From Selaginella moellendorffii (lineage: Eukaryota; Plantae; Lycopodiophyta): 64,000 bases of DNA. The stretch covers positions 2,214,623 to 2,278,622 of the forward strand of contig NW_003314274.1 of NCBI RefSeq assembly GCF_000143415.4. The letters run 5' to 3'. A program made the position numbers and the translations under genes. The notes beneath the pieces are model-generated. The model ran no database searches and had not been told where the DNA came from. It worked only from the letters and a program-made list of their open reading frames with translations. This document shows positions 52,752 through 64,000 of the stretch, one piece after another (position 1 is the first letter of the stretch; the number at the start of each line of letters is the position of its first letter).

Positions 52752-52985
52752 ACAACACAAACCTCACCCTGTGACAGTTCCATCAACACTCCTTCCATAT
52801 TCCATTTGCTTTGGACCTCCATAGGTCCAGCACTTTTCAATGTCTAGGCGAGTTGCATCCACTAGTGTCTTGCACTCGGATGCCCATGCTTCTCGTAAGA
52901 GAGACTTGTCCTCCAGATACCAATTCAGATCAATGTTGCCTCAAGAGCAATGTTCTTCCACCAATGAAAGAAAACATCTCCTTCC
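52752..52985 (-). pseudogene. Inverted, truncated duplicate of the 3' part of the ATPase gene (matches ~55822-56093)
   Basis: Reverse complement GGAAGGAGATGTTTTCTTT..GCATGGGCATCCGAGTGCAAGA..GATGCAACTCGCCTAGAC aligns to the gene, with small deletions. Confidence 0.88.
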
Positions 52986-54908
52986 TAAACCAATAGACTA
53001 ATCCCTACAGTCTTAGTTGATTAATTCATATTCATGCTTTGGAAAAAGGAAGAAAATCACGGTAGCGACTGTTATGGAATGTAGCCGCTTCTTCATTGTA
53101 TATATTTACTAACTATAAAATAACATTTGATAAGGTGGAGGATATCTTTGATATCCTCTATAACAATTGTACAAATCTTTGTATCCATCAGCACAACCAT
53201 CATGGACTTGTTCCCACGATCACATATTACCTCTTGAGTGGATCAAGGTAAGGGACTCAATAATGATCCTTTTATTTGCTAGGAGATTATGATGGTGAGA
53301 GCTTGCTCTCCATAGTGTAGGGAGGCATTGTCATTAGTAGCTTGTAACTGATCTTGGAGGATAGATGTGAGAATTTTATGTTTCTATTCTAGGATCTGTT
53401 TCTGTTCTAAAGCCTCAACCATATGGAGAGTGTCATCACCTATTACTCTCAGTCTCCTCGGATGTGAGAAATGTATGTCTCTGTTGGTGCTTGAGTATAG
53501 GCATGATTTCTTACTCTTAGTGACTGCTTGTGCTCAGTTTACTACTCTTAAGCTCTATATCAGAATCAGGAATGCAATTAAACAATAGCAATATAACAGA
53601 GTCTCATGAGTCTCTAGGTAGATACAAAGATTTTTTGAGAAGATATAACTAGAAGCGAAAAAATAATGGATAATTTTATAAATATCATAATTTATACATA
53701 TTGTGCCCCCACCTTCATTTCTTAGTTTTCTCTCCAAAAAGACTGCATCACAGCGCTAATTAATTTTCCCACCATTTGATCAACAACTGTCCCATCCTCC
53801 AAATGGCCAAGAAAATCTTCAACTCCTTTGCATGAACAAATGGCGAGCTTTCCTTCTATGCTTTTGGCATCACACCTTCCTGGTGACTCTCAGGAGACTC
53901 TGGCCATTCTTTATCCACAAGACACGTGTTGCATGTGAGTTTTGAGCTTGCAAACCTCGGGATCCTTCAAGGTGCCAATGGCGACATTCCAACACGTTTT
54001 TCCTACTCCAACTTGGATCACAGCGATGAAGGTGGCAGACGCAAGCACTACACAGCTTCTTCACGACTTCAACGCCTTCTCAAAAGGACTCCTGGATGTC
54101 AGAGACTGTCTGGGCCTTCACCTACACAGCATGATAAAGGGACCATGGCTTCCTCAGCTTCAAGCTTTTCACTAGGTTCCTTTTGGGGATGACAAGCTAG
54201 GGTCGTCTTAGCCCATAGAAGTCTGGGGGTCACACAAAGTACAAAATTTTCCTTCTCCCTCTCATTTTCTATCTTCCCTTTTCTTGCAATGTATCTTTCC
54301 TTCTCTAAGATGATCCTACGAGATGATCAAGGGCCTTTACAACAATGGCTGTTGTTCTTCATGGAGGGTCAGAACGTAAAGAGGTTTCACCATATTTTAT
54401 ACCATGTGGCGGTACATGGAGAGGAGAAGGATGATCATCCAGGAAAACATTAACAAGTTTTGGATGGATCGATCCAAGGTGAAGGCTAATCTGATTGTAG
54501 AAAAGGCCATCTTCTCAGTTGTCTTTAGCTTGTTCTTGAGCGTCTCAAATGAGGAGGAGGAGAGTGGACCTCCACACAACTTTTAGAACAGTGAGATTTT
54601 TTGGGAAGCTGGACAAGTATGTAAGTAATGTCAACAGGATTTTCTCAGTGTTCTCTTGACAACCAAGGGAGAGGATGGAGAGGTTATGACAGAGGAAGAG
54701 ATCAAGTTAAACATTCTCATCTATCTACCATGAGCTCTTTGATGAGTTCCATGAAATACATTGGAGAAAATGTATGAGACTTAGGGTGCATGGTTCTTCC
54801 ACAGGCTATTTAAATGTATATTGTTTGTGACAATATAAGCCAGTGGTGTAAAAGTAAAATAGCTTTGGTATTTTGTAGGATGGTTTCTTGAGTGATTATA
54901 GATGACAA

Positions 54909-56357
54909 ATGTACTATATTGTGGCTTTTAAACATTACCATCACAAAAACTTACAGGGTTTAAGAGCGTGGGCAATTCACCCTACAACCATTCATTGCGA
55001 ATATACCAAAATAACCATCCAGATCCTGCAGCGCGTTGCCGAAGCTGAGAACCTGTTCTACAACAGGAAGGTGGAGCTGGATGATCTGGCGAAGCTCTGC
55101 AAGACAGATAGTATGGTGTTGATCACTGGTCCACAGGACTCAGGAAAGTCCGCTCTCGTGTCAGAGTTTGCGAGGAGGCAGGAGATAAGTGGCCAAGGCC
55201 TTCCTATCTACATCAACATGAGGGCCGGAACATTCAGCACTGCAGCCAGCTTTGCGAGGGAGCTCAAGTCTCAGCTGAGTCCCTTTCTGGCAGCAGCGGC
55301 TGAGTATGCCAAGAACATCCCCAGAGTCGGTGATTCAAAGGTGGGCACTTTTGCCGGCGTTGTTGGAGCGTCTGCAGGTGCGCTAAGCGCACACATTCAA
55401 GCTGTGGAGTGCACTCCGGATACAGACTTGCCGGCTTTACTGAAAAGCATCCACGGCCTCCTATTCTCTTGGAGAACAAGAGCACGACGATTTATGTCTG
55501 GCAAAGACATGGGCTTCCCGACCTTGATCATTGACGAAGCAAACAGACTCCGCGAGTGGAGCCTCTCACCGGAGGAGCTAGAACACCTGAGGACCTTGAT
55601 CGCATATTTCATCATGGTTACGAAAGAGCGCAAGGAGGCCAATGTGATTCTCTGCACCTCAGAAGACTTCTTCAAATTCTGGCTTGACTTCCGCGTTGGC
55701 GCTGAAAGGTATCATCCGAGGATGGTCGGTGACCTTACTGAGGAGCAGGCTCGGGAATTTTTCCTGATGACAGTCCGTGACGGTTGGAATGCTGATGGAT
55801 ACAAGTTTCCAGAGGATTTATGGAAGGAGATGTTTTCTTTTGTTGGTGGAAGAACGTTGCTCTTGAAGAGGCTGGCGCAGAATCTGACTTGGTATCTGGA
55901 GGACGAGTCTCTCTTACGAAAAGCATGGGCGTCCGAGTGCAAGATACTGGCGGATGCAACTCGCCTAGACGTTGAAAAGGGCTTCAAACCTATGGAGGTT
56001 CAAAGCAAATGTAATAGGGAAGAACCGTGCTGGAGCGGCAAAGAGTACGAAGGAGTGTTGACGGAACTGTCACGGGCTGAGGGTGGTGTCGCCTCTGTGA
56101 AGTACCTCATCGACTCCAAAGTCATTTCGAGGGTGGCTCTCCACAGCTTGGTGCAGCACAACTTCCTGCACTATCGTTCTTCCTTGTGTCCGTGGGCGGA
56201 CGACTTGGCATGGTACAAAGGAAAGTGGCCTATTGTCATGGCCCCGTCCCTTCCGCATCTCCATGCTATGGCGTCAATCATAGAGGTAAGGCGCTGCTGT
56301 TTAACTTTTCTACAACCTGACAACATGGTGCTTACACAGGAACAGGGCCGTCATTAA
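54909..56357 (+). CDS. P-loop NTPase of the archaeal-ATPase/STAND-like AAA+ type; true 5' end uncertain (likely splice acceptor at 55022; likely in-frame 54-nt intron at 56286-56339)
   Basis: FYNRKVEL, Walker A GPQDSGKS, Walker B LIIDEAN, VILCTSE, VGDLTEEQA, GGR and a C-terminal helical/wHTH-like region. GC-rich ORF within AT-rich flanks. Confidence 0.8.
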   Translation: MYYIVAFKHYHHKNLQGLRAWAIHPTTIHCEYTKITIQILQRVAEAENLFYNRKVELDDLAKLCKTDSMVLITGPQDSGKSALVSEFARRQEISGQGLPIYINMRAGTFSTAASFARELKSQLSPFLAAAAEYAKNIPRVGDSKVGTFAGVVGASAGALSAHIQAVECTPDTDLPALLKSIHGLLFSWRTRARRFMSGKDMGFPTLIIDEANRLREWSLSPEELEHLRTLIAYFIMVTKERKEANVILCTSEDFFKFWLDFRVGAERYHPRMVGDLTEEQAREFFLMTVRDGWNADGYKFPEDLWKEMFSFVGGRTLLLKRLAQNLTWYLEDESLLRKAWASECKILADATRLDVEKGFKPMEVQSKCNREEPCWSGKEYEGVLTELSRAEGGVASVKYLIDSKVISRVALHSLVQHNFLHYRSSLCPWADDLAWYKGKWPIVMAPSLPHLHAMASIIEVRRCCLTFLQPDNMVLTQEQGRH

Positions 56358-56795
56358 AAATGCATTTAGATCAAATCATTAATATACTAGTTATTGCCTA
56401 GCATATGCTGCACAGTTAAAAAACATTGTTTTTTATTGTCATGGTTTTGTTACATTGAAAATTAAATTGTATTTCACTTTAAAAGTATCAAATTCCTTAT
56501 AAAAAACTATCAAGTGTCCACTGCAAAAGGTTGAGTGTTAATGCCCACTACCTATAATAAATTATCTATCATATTTCTTTGGAAATAACACCTTCACATG
56601 ACATCTAAAATAAGTAAAAAAATTATTAAAATAGAATCTTATATTTTATGATAAGATTCTATGACATGCAAGAAAATACATAATTCTCATATATAATTTC
56701 ATACTGCAAGCAATTACACACAAGTGGCTGTTATATTATTTCCACATTATAGCATAATCATTATTATTTTTCTATAATATAATTATGCCAAACCT

Positions 56796-59700
56796 TGTGA
56801 GTGCTTGGAATATGGAAAGGGAATAAAGAAAATGTGCATATTAATTAGCCCAAAAACCCTATATACAGAAACGAGTGGTCCAGATTGAAACCAATCCGAC
56901 GGCTACCAAAATCGCACTATGCTAATATTAGTATACAGCATCATAGCCGTACACTTGGCCCTCACATCATCCCCTCCTCTCGGAATAATGGAAGACCATC
57001 AAGGTTCTCTTGTAGATGGGCCGGGATCTGGAGGAACGTTAGGAGGAGGCATCAGTAGATCTGTAGGTGGTATTAACTACTCTTGATCCCTTTTTATGAA
57101 GCGTTTTAACTGCTGCACATGCACAATCTCTGGAGGATTGGCATGTTGGACGTCATGCCGAACCTCATAAACTTGTGGTCCAACTTGCCGCAACACCTGA
57201 TACGGTCCTTTCCACTACGCAAGGAGCCCCTTAGATAAACCACGTACCGTAAGATGGGGAAAACAGACTAACACCAAATCATCCACTTTGTACTCCACAT
57301 GTGGATGATGATGAGCATTGTACTACCGTTGTTGTCCCACTTGTACACGGCCTAAGTGTTCAGCAGACTCCACTCGGACAAGTGGAAGAATGCTCGTCAA
57401 ATACTGATCCCATGACTTAGCATTGGCAGCTCATGGCAATCGCGAAGGTAAACCCAACTCCGTTGGTAATATTGGATCATGACCATATAGGAGTTTATAT
57501 GGTGAAGCACCAACAGAACTCTGCACCTCTGTGACATATGCATACCGAAGAGACGGCAAATAACCATCCCAATCCGAATGCTGAAAGTTCACATACTTCA
57601 CAATCATCCCCTTGAATGTCAAAACGAGTCGTTCCACCAGACCGTCTGATTGTGGATGATAAGCACTTGTGAAAGTGTGGTGTATTCCCAACCGAGACGT
57701 CAAAACATGAAATGCCTCAGCCATAAATGCAGGACCATTATCCGAAAGAATCTGCTCTAAACAAGAATGCTGGAAAACCACTCAATTGAGGAGGAAGTAT
57801 TCAATAGCAGTTGCAAAGGCGCTAGCAAAAGCACCAACTTCCACCCAACGAGTCAAGTAGTCAGAAGCAATAATAACATACTCATTACCAACAGTCGACC
57901 GTGGAAAAGGTCCCATAAGATCAAATGCCACCAACTCAAATGGATGGGAGACTACAATTGACTCCAACCATCCTTTTGCAGCCCAAGGGGGAGTATTACG
58001 AGCTTGGCACCAAACGCAGCTACACACATACTAGATAATATCATGTTGCATCTCCGGCCAATAGAAAGACCTGCGTAGCTTCTTAGTTACACGACGATGT
58101 CCCATATGCCCACCTAGAACAGGAGAATCATGGTAGGCATGGAGAAACTGCGGAATAAAGACAGAAGGCATCACTAGCCGTAAATGATCATTAGGATCCG
58201 TCCCCACAAAATAAAGAAGGCCGTCTTCAAGGCAATGCAGAAACTAATACTCCCATCAGGCTTCGTCACAAGATGAGGTTCACATGCCCAAGGACTCCGC
58301 GACTTCTGAATAACACCCTTCTTTAACATCTCTTTGACATTTGCACGTAAAATCTTGATCTCCTTTGGTGACCAACGACGACCGGGAACCTTGATCGGAC
58401 GAGCATCCCCGGTTGGAATTGGATGATGTGTGGCAATCTTGGCCCCAGACAATAGGTCAAATTCAAAGAGATCAGAATACTCTTTCATGAGCCGGTCCAC
58501 CGCTGCAACACAAAGATCGTCAGAGGGATTGGAAAAGGGAAGAGCAGAACAAAATAGAAACATAGGAGGAAATAATGGGGGAACAAAAATAATGGAAATA
58601 GAGGTAGAAGTAAAGGGACAAAGAGGTACAAAAGTGAGAGGAATGGATGAAACATAAGGAAGTATGAGACAAGGGGGAAAAGCCTCAAAGTCACACTTGG
58701 CATGATGGTGTTGCAACCAATCCATACCAAGAATGAGGTCAAAAGCTTGACTCGGCACCACCTGTAATGACTGCAACTCAAGCTCGAGATCACCCACACG
58801 CACAACCAGGTCTGCCTCATCCCGTGCACATGCATATATACGGCCATTGCCATAAAGAATGAAAACTGGTTCTGCCACACAACGCAAGTGTAGACAACAA
58901 CGTGTGGCAATAAGTCGAGCAATAGAAGATAAACTCGAACCTATATCAACCAACATGGAGAAAATAATAGGAGACTTCTTGTTATAAAAATGAGCTTGGA
59001 AAGTAAACACTAGATGAACCGGTGCTGAGTGAACCCCTTGATGATACTCCCAAAAGAAAGATGGAGGGATCACTGACTTATTCACGCAAGGTCCCTCCGT
59101 TACTCTCACGACTCCTCGTTTCTCGGATGCATCTCAGTGTCCAAACCTTCCACTGTAGCAGCACCAACGGGACGTTGCTGACACCAAGGTCTCCACCCAG
59201 GAAATGGAGGTCGCCAGTCCGGAAAACGCCGACAATGCTGATAAGTATGACTAACTTCATCACACACCCAGCACTGAACATCACAGCCACGACCATATCC
59301 TCACCCTTGTCCTTGGACTCAAGCAACAGTAGCATCAACCTCCATTGGAACAGGACCATCACTCATAGGAAGTGGAGCTGAAGGACGTGTAGTGAGAAGT
59401 GGAAGAGGCAACGTCTCATAACGTTGTGCCAAGCGAAGAGCATCGTCAAGGGTGGTGGGAGCAAGTGCATGCACAAGTCTGATAAGATCTTGACGAAGTG
59501 CTGGCCACAATATTCCTAGTTTGATCCACTCCGACATATTGGGCTCTGCACGAAGCAAAAGACTTTGGAATGGAACGCCAAATTACATTACTGACTCAGA
59601 TGGCCTTTGGTAAAGATGATGCAATTGTTGGAAGGCATTATCACAGTCGTCGGCATGGCCAAAGGCACGTTTGAAGACGTCTGGGAAAACACTCCAATCC

Positions 59701-60363
59701 CCACGAGTGGTTGCGCTCAAACCATTGTACCATTGCAACGCCGTTCCTTGGAGACACGTGGGAAACTCTTGCAAATGTCAAGCATCATCCCAAGAATGAT
59801 ATGTGGCAATCACCGTGAAGTGATTGAACCAATGGTACACATCATCCTCAGGATTCCCACGAAAGAACTCTAGCCGAACGCAAGGATTGGCACCAAGAGG
59901 AGGAAGAGTTGTACCACGTGTCGTGAATGCCACCATCAATTGAGTTTGGTTGTTCAATTGCAAGCGCATAGCATCAAGCAATTGGACCAATTGTTGCTCC
60001 AAAGTCAAAAAAAGACATTGTTGATCTGCCATGAAGATGAACGAAAAAGAAAGAGCAAAAGAAGAAAAATGACAAAAAGCTAGAAGGAAATAGTAGATCT
60101 AGACAATGCAAAAAGCTAAATCTAAACCAAAATCTAAAATTCAAGCACTCTTCAGGGACAATCAAAGATGCCCCTCAACTCCACCAATTTGAGTGCTTGG
60201 AATATGGAAAGAGAATACAGAAAATATGCATATTAATTAGCCAAAAAACCCTAGTTTATATATAAGAGCGAGTGGTCCAGATTGAAATCAATCCGTCGGC
60301 TACCAAAATCCCACTACGTTAATATTAGTATATAGCATCATAGCCATACACTTAGCCCTCACA
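56796..60363 (-). mobile_element. Ty3/gypsy LTR retrotransposon with short LTRs (56796-56966, 60188-60363), tRNA-Ala-like PBS, gag-PR-INT present but RT core and RNase H deleted
   Basis: LTR pair T(G/T)TGAG..CTCACA; PPT AGAGGAGGGGA next to 56966; PBS TGGTGGAGTTGAGGGGCATC (60186-60167). Gag zinc knuckle CWVCDEVSHTYQHC; protease LVDIGSS; integrase DD35E core. Internal stops; no matching TSD. Confidence 0.92.
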
Positions 60364-60627
60364 GATGATAATGCAAAACCTCTATTAAATAGCAAATATT
60401 GCTATTAAGAATAGATACTGGTAGTTTACACAAATCTAAATATTATTAAAATTATTAATTTGGTTTAAAATACCTATTTAATAAAAATATTACCACTAAA
60501 ATCTTAACAAAATATTCTTTAGTGTGCCAAAATAATCATAAAATATTCTTTTCAATGGTATTGATATGGTTCCCTATATTGGCAGATCCAACCAGTTAAG
60601 AGGTTGAAAATTTACATCACTCTAGAC

Positions 60628-62348
60628 ATGGAGCTTGTTGTCAATGGTGTTCTTGCTGGATTACTCTTGTTTCTCTGGTCTATGGCTTCTTTGTCTATCA
60701 CCTGTGGAGGCCCCGAGTTTTCGAGATCATGTCTGCCGAAGGGATCACTGGGCCTCCCCAGACAGATTTCCTACCACGGACATGAAAGAAATCACCCACG
60801 ACATTGTTCCACAAGCGATTCCAATCTACAGCGCTCTCTTCAAGAAGTGTGGCAAAGTTTGATGTGGATGATCTTTGGCACAATTGATATATACTATGTC
60901 TTCGGCAGGAGCGGTACACATGCACTGGTGGCGTGTGGAGTCTCTTCTGGATCTCGCGGATATGAATCTCGCAAGGTTCTCATCAAAAGCTCAGACTTTT
61001 TCGGAAAATCCCCTGTCCTGGCGAGGATGGCCAACGACATTTTCGGTGGTGGTGTCTTTGACGCCAGCGGACGGGACTGGGTGGAGCAAAGGCGCATTGT
61101 GGTGCCTGTGTTCCACGCTGACAAGATCAAGGTGTATAGAATCTCGATTTTTACATGATCTTCATTCATATCTCCGGCTAACTGTCTAATCAGGACATGG
61201 TGAGAACCATGTACGAGCACACACAACGCTTCCTTGAGAACTGGGAGACGCTGGTTCGAAATGGCGGCGCTGGAGAGAAAACTCTCGATGTTTTTCCCGA
61301 GTTTGTAGATCTCACAGCACGCATCATCGGGCAACCCGGGTTTGGGGCCAGTTCTAGCACCTCCATAGCCATTGTCAAGCTCCTGCGTCTCTTGCTGGCT
61401 TTGCAAGCGCGGCAAGCCAAATATGTATGGGTATTTCCATTCATCAGGTAAGCTTTGTTAGATCATTTCATTAAAACAAAACTCCATCCTCCATGGCAGG
61501 AGTCTCCCATTTCTTCCTCTGAATCGGGAGAGATGGAGAACCAAGAGAGAAATCCATCGCTTGCTCCGTGCGGCGATTGATTCCCGTCAGCTCACACGCG
61601 CAAAACCAATGCTGCCTCTCACGGAAGTGACTTGCTCGGCACGATGCTCGACAGCAACTGGGACGAGGAGCTTATCATCGCCGAGAGCAAAACCTTCTAC
61701 TCTCGCTCACTTCATTATACTCGTGGGTGATGCTCCTCCTGGCCATGAATCCAGAGTGGCAAGAGAAGGCCCGAGTGGAAGTCTTGGAGCTTGTCGCGAA
61801 GGAGGGGCCCTTGGACAACGCAAAAGCACTAGAAAGGCTCAAGCTGGTACGTAGAGTTCTCTAGTATAGTTCGTTTTCTCCACTTTGTAGTATTGTCTTT
61901 TACACAGGTTGAGATGCTGATCATGGAAACGCTGCGACTCTATCCTCCGATCCCAATCATCCCTCGAGTAGCGCTCAAAGATTGCTACGTCGATCACCTC
62001 TTCATACCAAAAGGGCTGGCAGTATCCGTGCACAATACCGTGATACAACACAGTGCCGAGATGTGGGGAGAGGACGCAAACGAGTTTAATCCCGGTCGCT
62101 TTGCAAATGGGAGCGTGGCAGCGTGCAAGCATCCCATGGCTTTCATGCCATTCTCGTTTGGAGCGCGAGCTTGCATCGGCCGAGTTTACTCCCAAGTCCA
62201 GGCCAAGATCGTCGTGGCTTTCCTGTTGCAGCGATTCCGGTGGAGCATGTCACCTGATTATCGTCATAACCCCATAGTTGCCGGGACTTTGGTTCCCAAG
62301 AACGGAGTTCCAATTGTATTGACGCTGCTTGGCGCTAAAGGAGATTAG
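60628..62348 (+). pseudogene. Cytochrome P450 (CYP72-clan-like), near full length but frameshifted
   Basis: Exon 1 uses three frames (MELVV.. / YHLWRPR..GITGP / SHDIVP-like THDIVPQ). 4-bp deletion at ~60973 relative to the upstream copy; I-helix AGxET missing after KTFY (~61700). ETLR, PGRF and FSFGARACIG intact. Confidence 0.8.
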
Positions 62349-62691
62349 TTCTTGGAGTTTCTTCTTGTCCAATATGCCAGTCTTGATTCGCTCGGAAAAT
62401 ACTAAACTGTAGTTGGCACATCATAGCCAGGAAGTCAGCACTGGAGTGACATCTCATCCTCTCTCCTTGGCCTTTAATATTGTCAGTTTGGCAAAGCATG
62501 GATAGTTTATAGATTGCTCTGCGCAAATTGTTAGTATCTTACATTGTTACAGACACTTACAGATCGGTGCGTTTTTCTTGTTTTTTCTTTTTCTTTTCTT
62601 TTTTTTCCTGAAGAAGGAAAACGTCTGTCAGTGGTGAGGGAATGAAACGAGTAGGAGAGCTCTTACCGCTGGAGGAGCTTTTAGACTCGTG

Positions 62692-63635
62692 CTACTTCCC
62701 CCATCTCGACAGTATCAGGAGGCCAACGATCGAGAAACACAACGACGCAAATGCCGCAACGACAAGCATGAAAGCAAACGCTTTACTGGGTAAGTTGAGA
62801 AGCTTTTGCATTTTCTTGAGTGCCCGGTCGAGAAGTGGTGCCAATGCCGCTGCTCCGGCAACTCGGAATGGTCTCGTGACGTTGTTCCCAGTCCACATTA
62901 GCACAACGATCTGGAACGAACGCATAGAAGATTGTAGCTAAGAGCTTAGAAAATACAAGGAAGAAACTCTTACGCCGAGCAGTGCCTTGAGGTTGGCGGC
63001 TGGATTTTGTCCTGTGCTCTTCTCGTATCCAAGGAAAGCTAGAACAAAGAACGTTGTGTATGTGATTCCATCAAAGAGACCATAGGCAAGAACTGCGGAT
63101 AATCCCAGCGCCGCTACTTTTGCTCGCAATGCTGTCGCGTCCATCTGTTCAATCGTGCGTTAAATCTCTGAAGAATGTCTAGCAACAAAGAACGTACAAA
63201 GAGCAAAGAAATTCTCACTTACAAGTAGCCAAGAAAATCGAAGTTTGTCGACTCAAAGACTACAAAGAAAGAAGTTTTACTTTTGGACGACGAAAGAAGA
63301 GTGTAGCTCTAGCTATGGACGAAGAACAAATGGGAGAACGAAGAAATAAATTCTAGCTCAAAAGAGACTTGAGACAGACGAAAAGAAATCGTTACCTGCC
63401 AGAGATTGGATCCCTGTGGCGATTGCTGCTGTGGATCGATCCCTCCAGCCGACGCTCCTGGTTGATCTTCTTGTTCCGGCATTCCCGATTCAGCACCAGC
63501 GACGCAAAATCGCGCTGTGATCGGATGCGATCCAGCAAGCGCTAGGCGTTGGCGCGTCAAAGAATGCCCGCATTGCAATGTGGAGTAGAATCGAGAGGAG
63601 AGAGGGGAGGGAGCGAGCAAAATCAATGCCGCCAT
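62692..63635 (-). CDS. Conserved plant membrane protein of unknown function with a plastid transit peptide-like N-terminus, multi-exon
   Basis: Exon 1 MAALILLAPSPLSSRF..; hydrophobic core GLSAVLAYGLFDGITYTTFFVLAF..WTGNNVTRPFRVAGAAALAP..ILSRWGK*; GT-AG introns. Confidence 0.8.
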
Positions 63636-63686
63636 AGCCAAAAACCCCCCCGAGCTTTAGGGTTTTAGGGAGATTTCTAGGGCGTA

Positions 63687-64000
63687 ATGTTCCGCGCCTT
63701 GCTCTCGGTAAGCTCTTCTCTCTCGCCGCGATCACTCACGGATTCCGCATTCTCCAGACGGTGTTGCGCTCCTCCTCCACCTCCTCGTCCTCCTCCTTAG
63801 GCCAGCATTGCTGCAAATGGATCCAATCCAGGCACATTGTCGCTGCGACGCGAGGTAAAGAATGTGGCACTTAGATCGTTCGCGATGGATCTCTGCGCTG
63901 TAATTTCTTCTTTTATCCAGGAGAAATGAGAGATGTAGTGCTGCCAGTCACGAATTGGGAGCAAGAGGACAAAGGGACTGTGACGATCGCTGGAGACATT
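63687..64000 (+). CDS. RPL4: 5' part of mitochondrial ribosomal protein L4 (uL4m), running off the window
   Basis: Spliced MFRALLS|TVLRSSSTSSSSSLG..ATR|GEMRDVVLPVTNWEQEDKGTVTIAGDI: a Ser/Arg-rich presequence plus the VxPVTNxxxEDKGxxxxAGDxF motif of plant mitochondrial L4. Confidence 0.78.

Noticed and set aside
53000-54900. Possible decayed gag/LTR upstream of the ATPase
   Set aside because: No convincing LTR pair, PBS or domain motif could be read.
56387-56420. Helitron-like 3' end (hairpin + CTAG) on the minus strand next to the ATPase
   Set aside because: The hairpin is imperfect, no 5' end was found, and the orientation would exclude the ATPase from the element.

Overview
Eukaryotic plant genomic DNA. 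The 50-80 bp introns and very short intergenic spacers suggest a compact non-seed plant such as the lycophyte Selaginella (inference). (1) 1-21 kb is a nested retroelement pile. It starts with the 3' end of a chromovirus Ty3/gypsy element. An old decayed Ty3/gypsy copy follows, carrying a 285-bp TG..CA MITE with a 6-bp TSD, a complete 5S-rRNA-bearing Cassandra-type TRIM, and a large non-coding LTR element. That element has a second copy of itself inserted in inverted orientation in its 5' LTR, giving a ~15-kb near-palindrome. (2) 23.7-32.5 kb is a dense gene island: RLCK kinase, CENH3, PPR protein, GAPA, mitochondrial TatB-like protein and BAC1-like carrier. (3) 33.9-60.4 kb is TE-rich, with a shattered CYP72-clan pseudogene, further gypsy and LINE relics, an archaeal-type/STAND-like P-loop ATPase gene and an RT-deleted gypsy element. 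Most notably, 41.3-48.3 kb holds a decayed, intron-containing locus: a beta-class N6-adenine/N4-cytosine DNA methyltransferase relic and a Ulp1-like protease relic on the minus strand, head-to-head with a GCM/WRKY-type zinc-domain (transposase-like) relic. (4) 60.6-64 kb has a second, frameshifted CYP copy and two divergent genes (plastid membrane protein and mitochondrial RPL4) whose ATGs are 51 bp apart. All calls come from manual reading; no searches were run.
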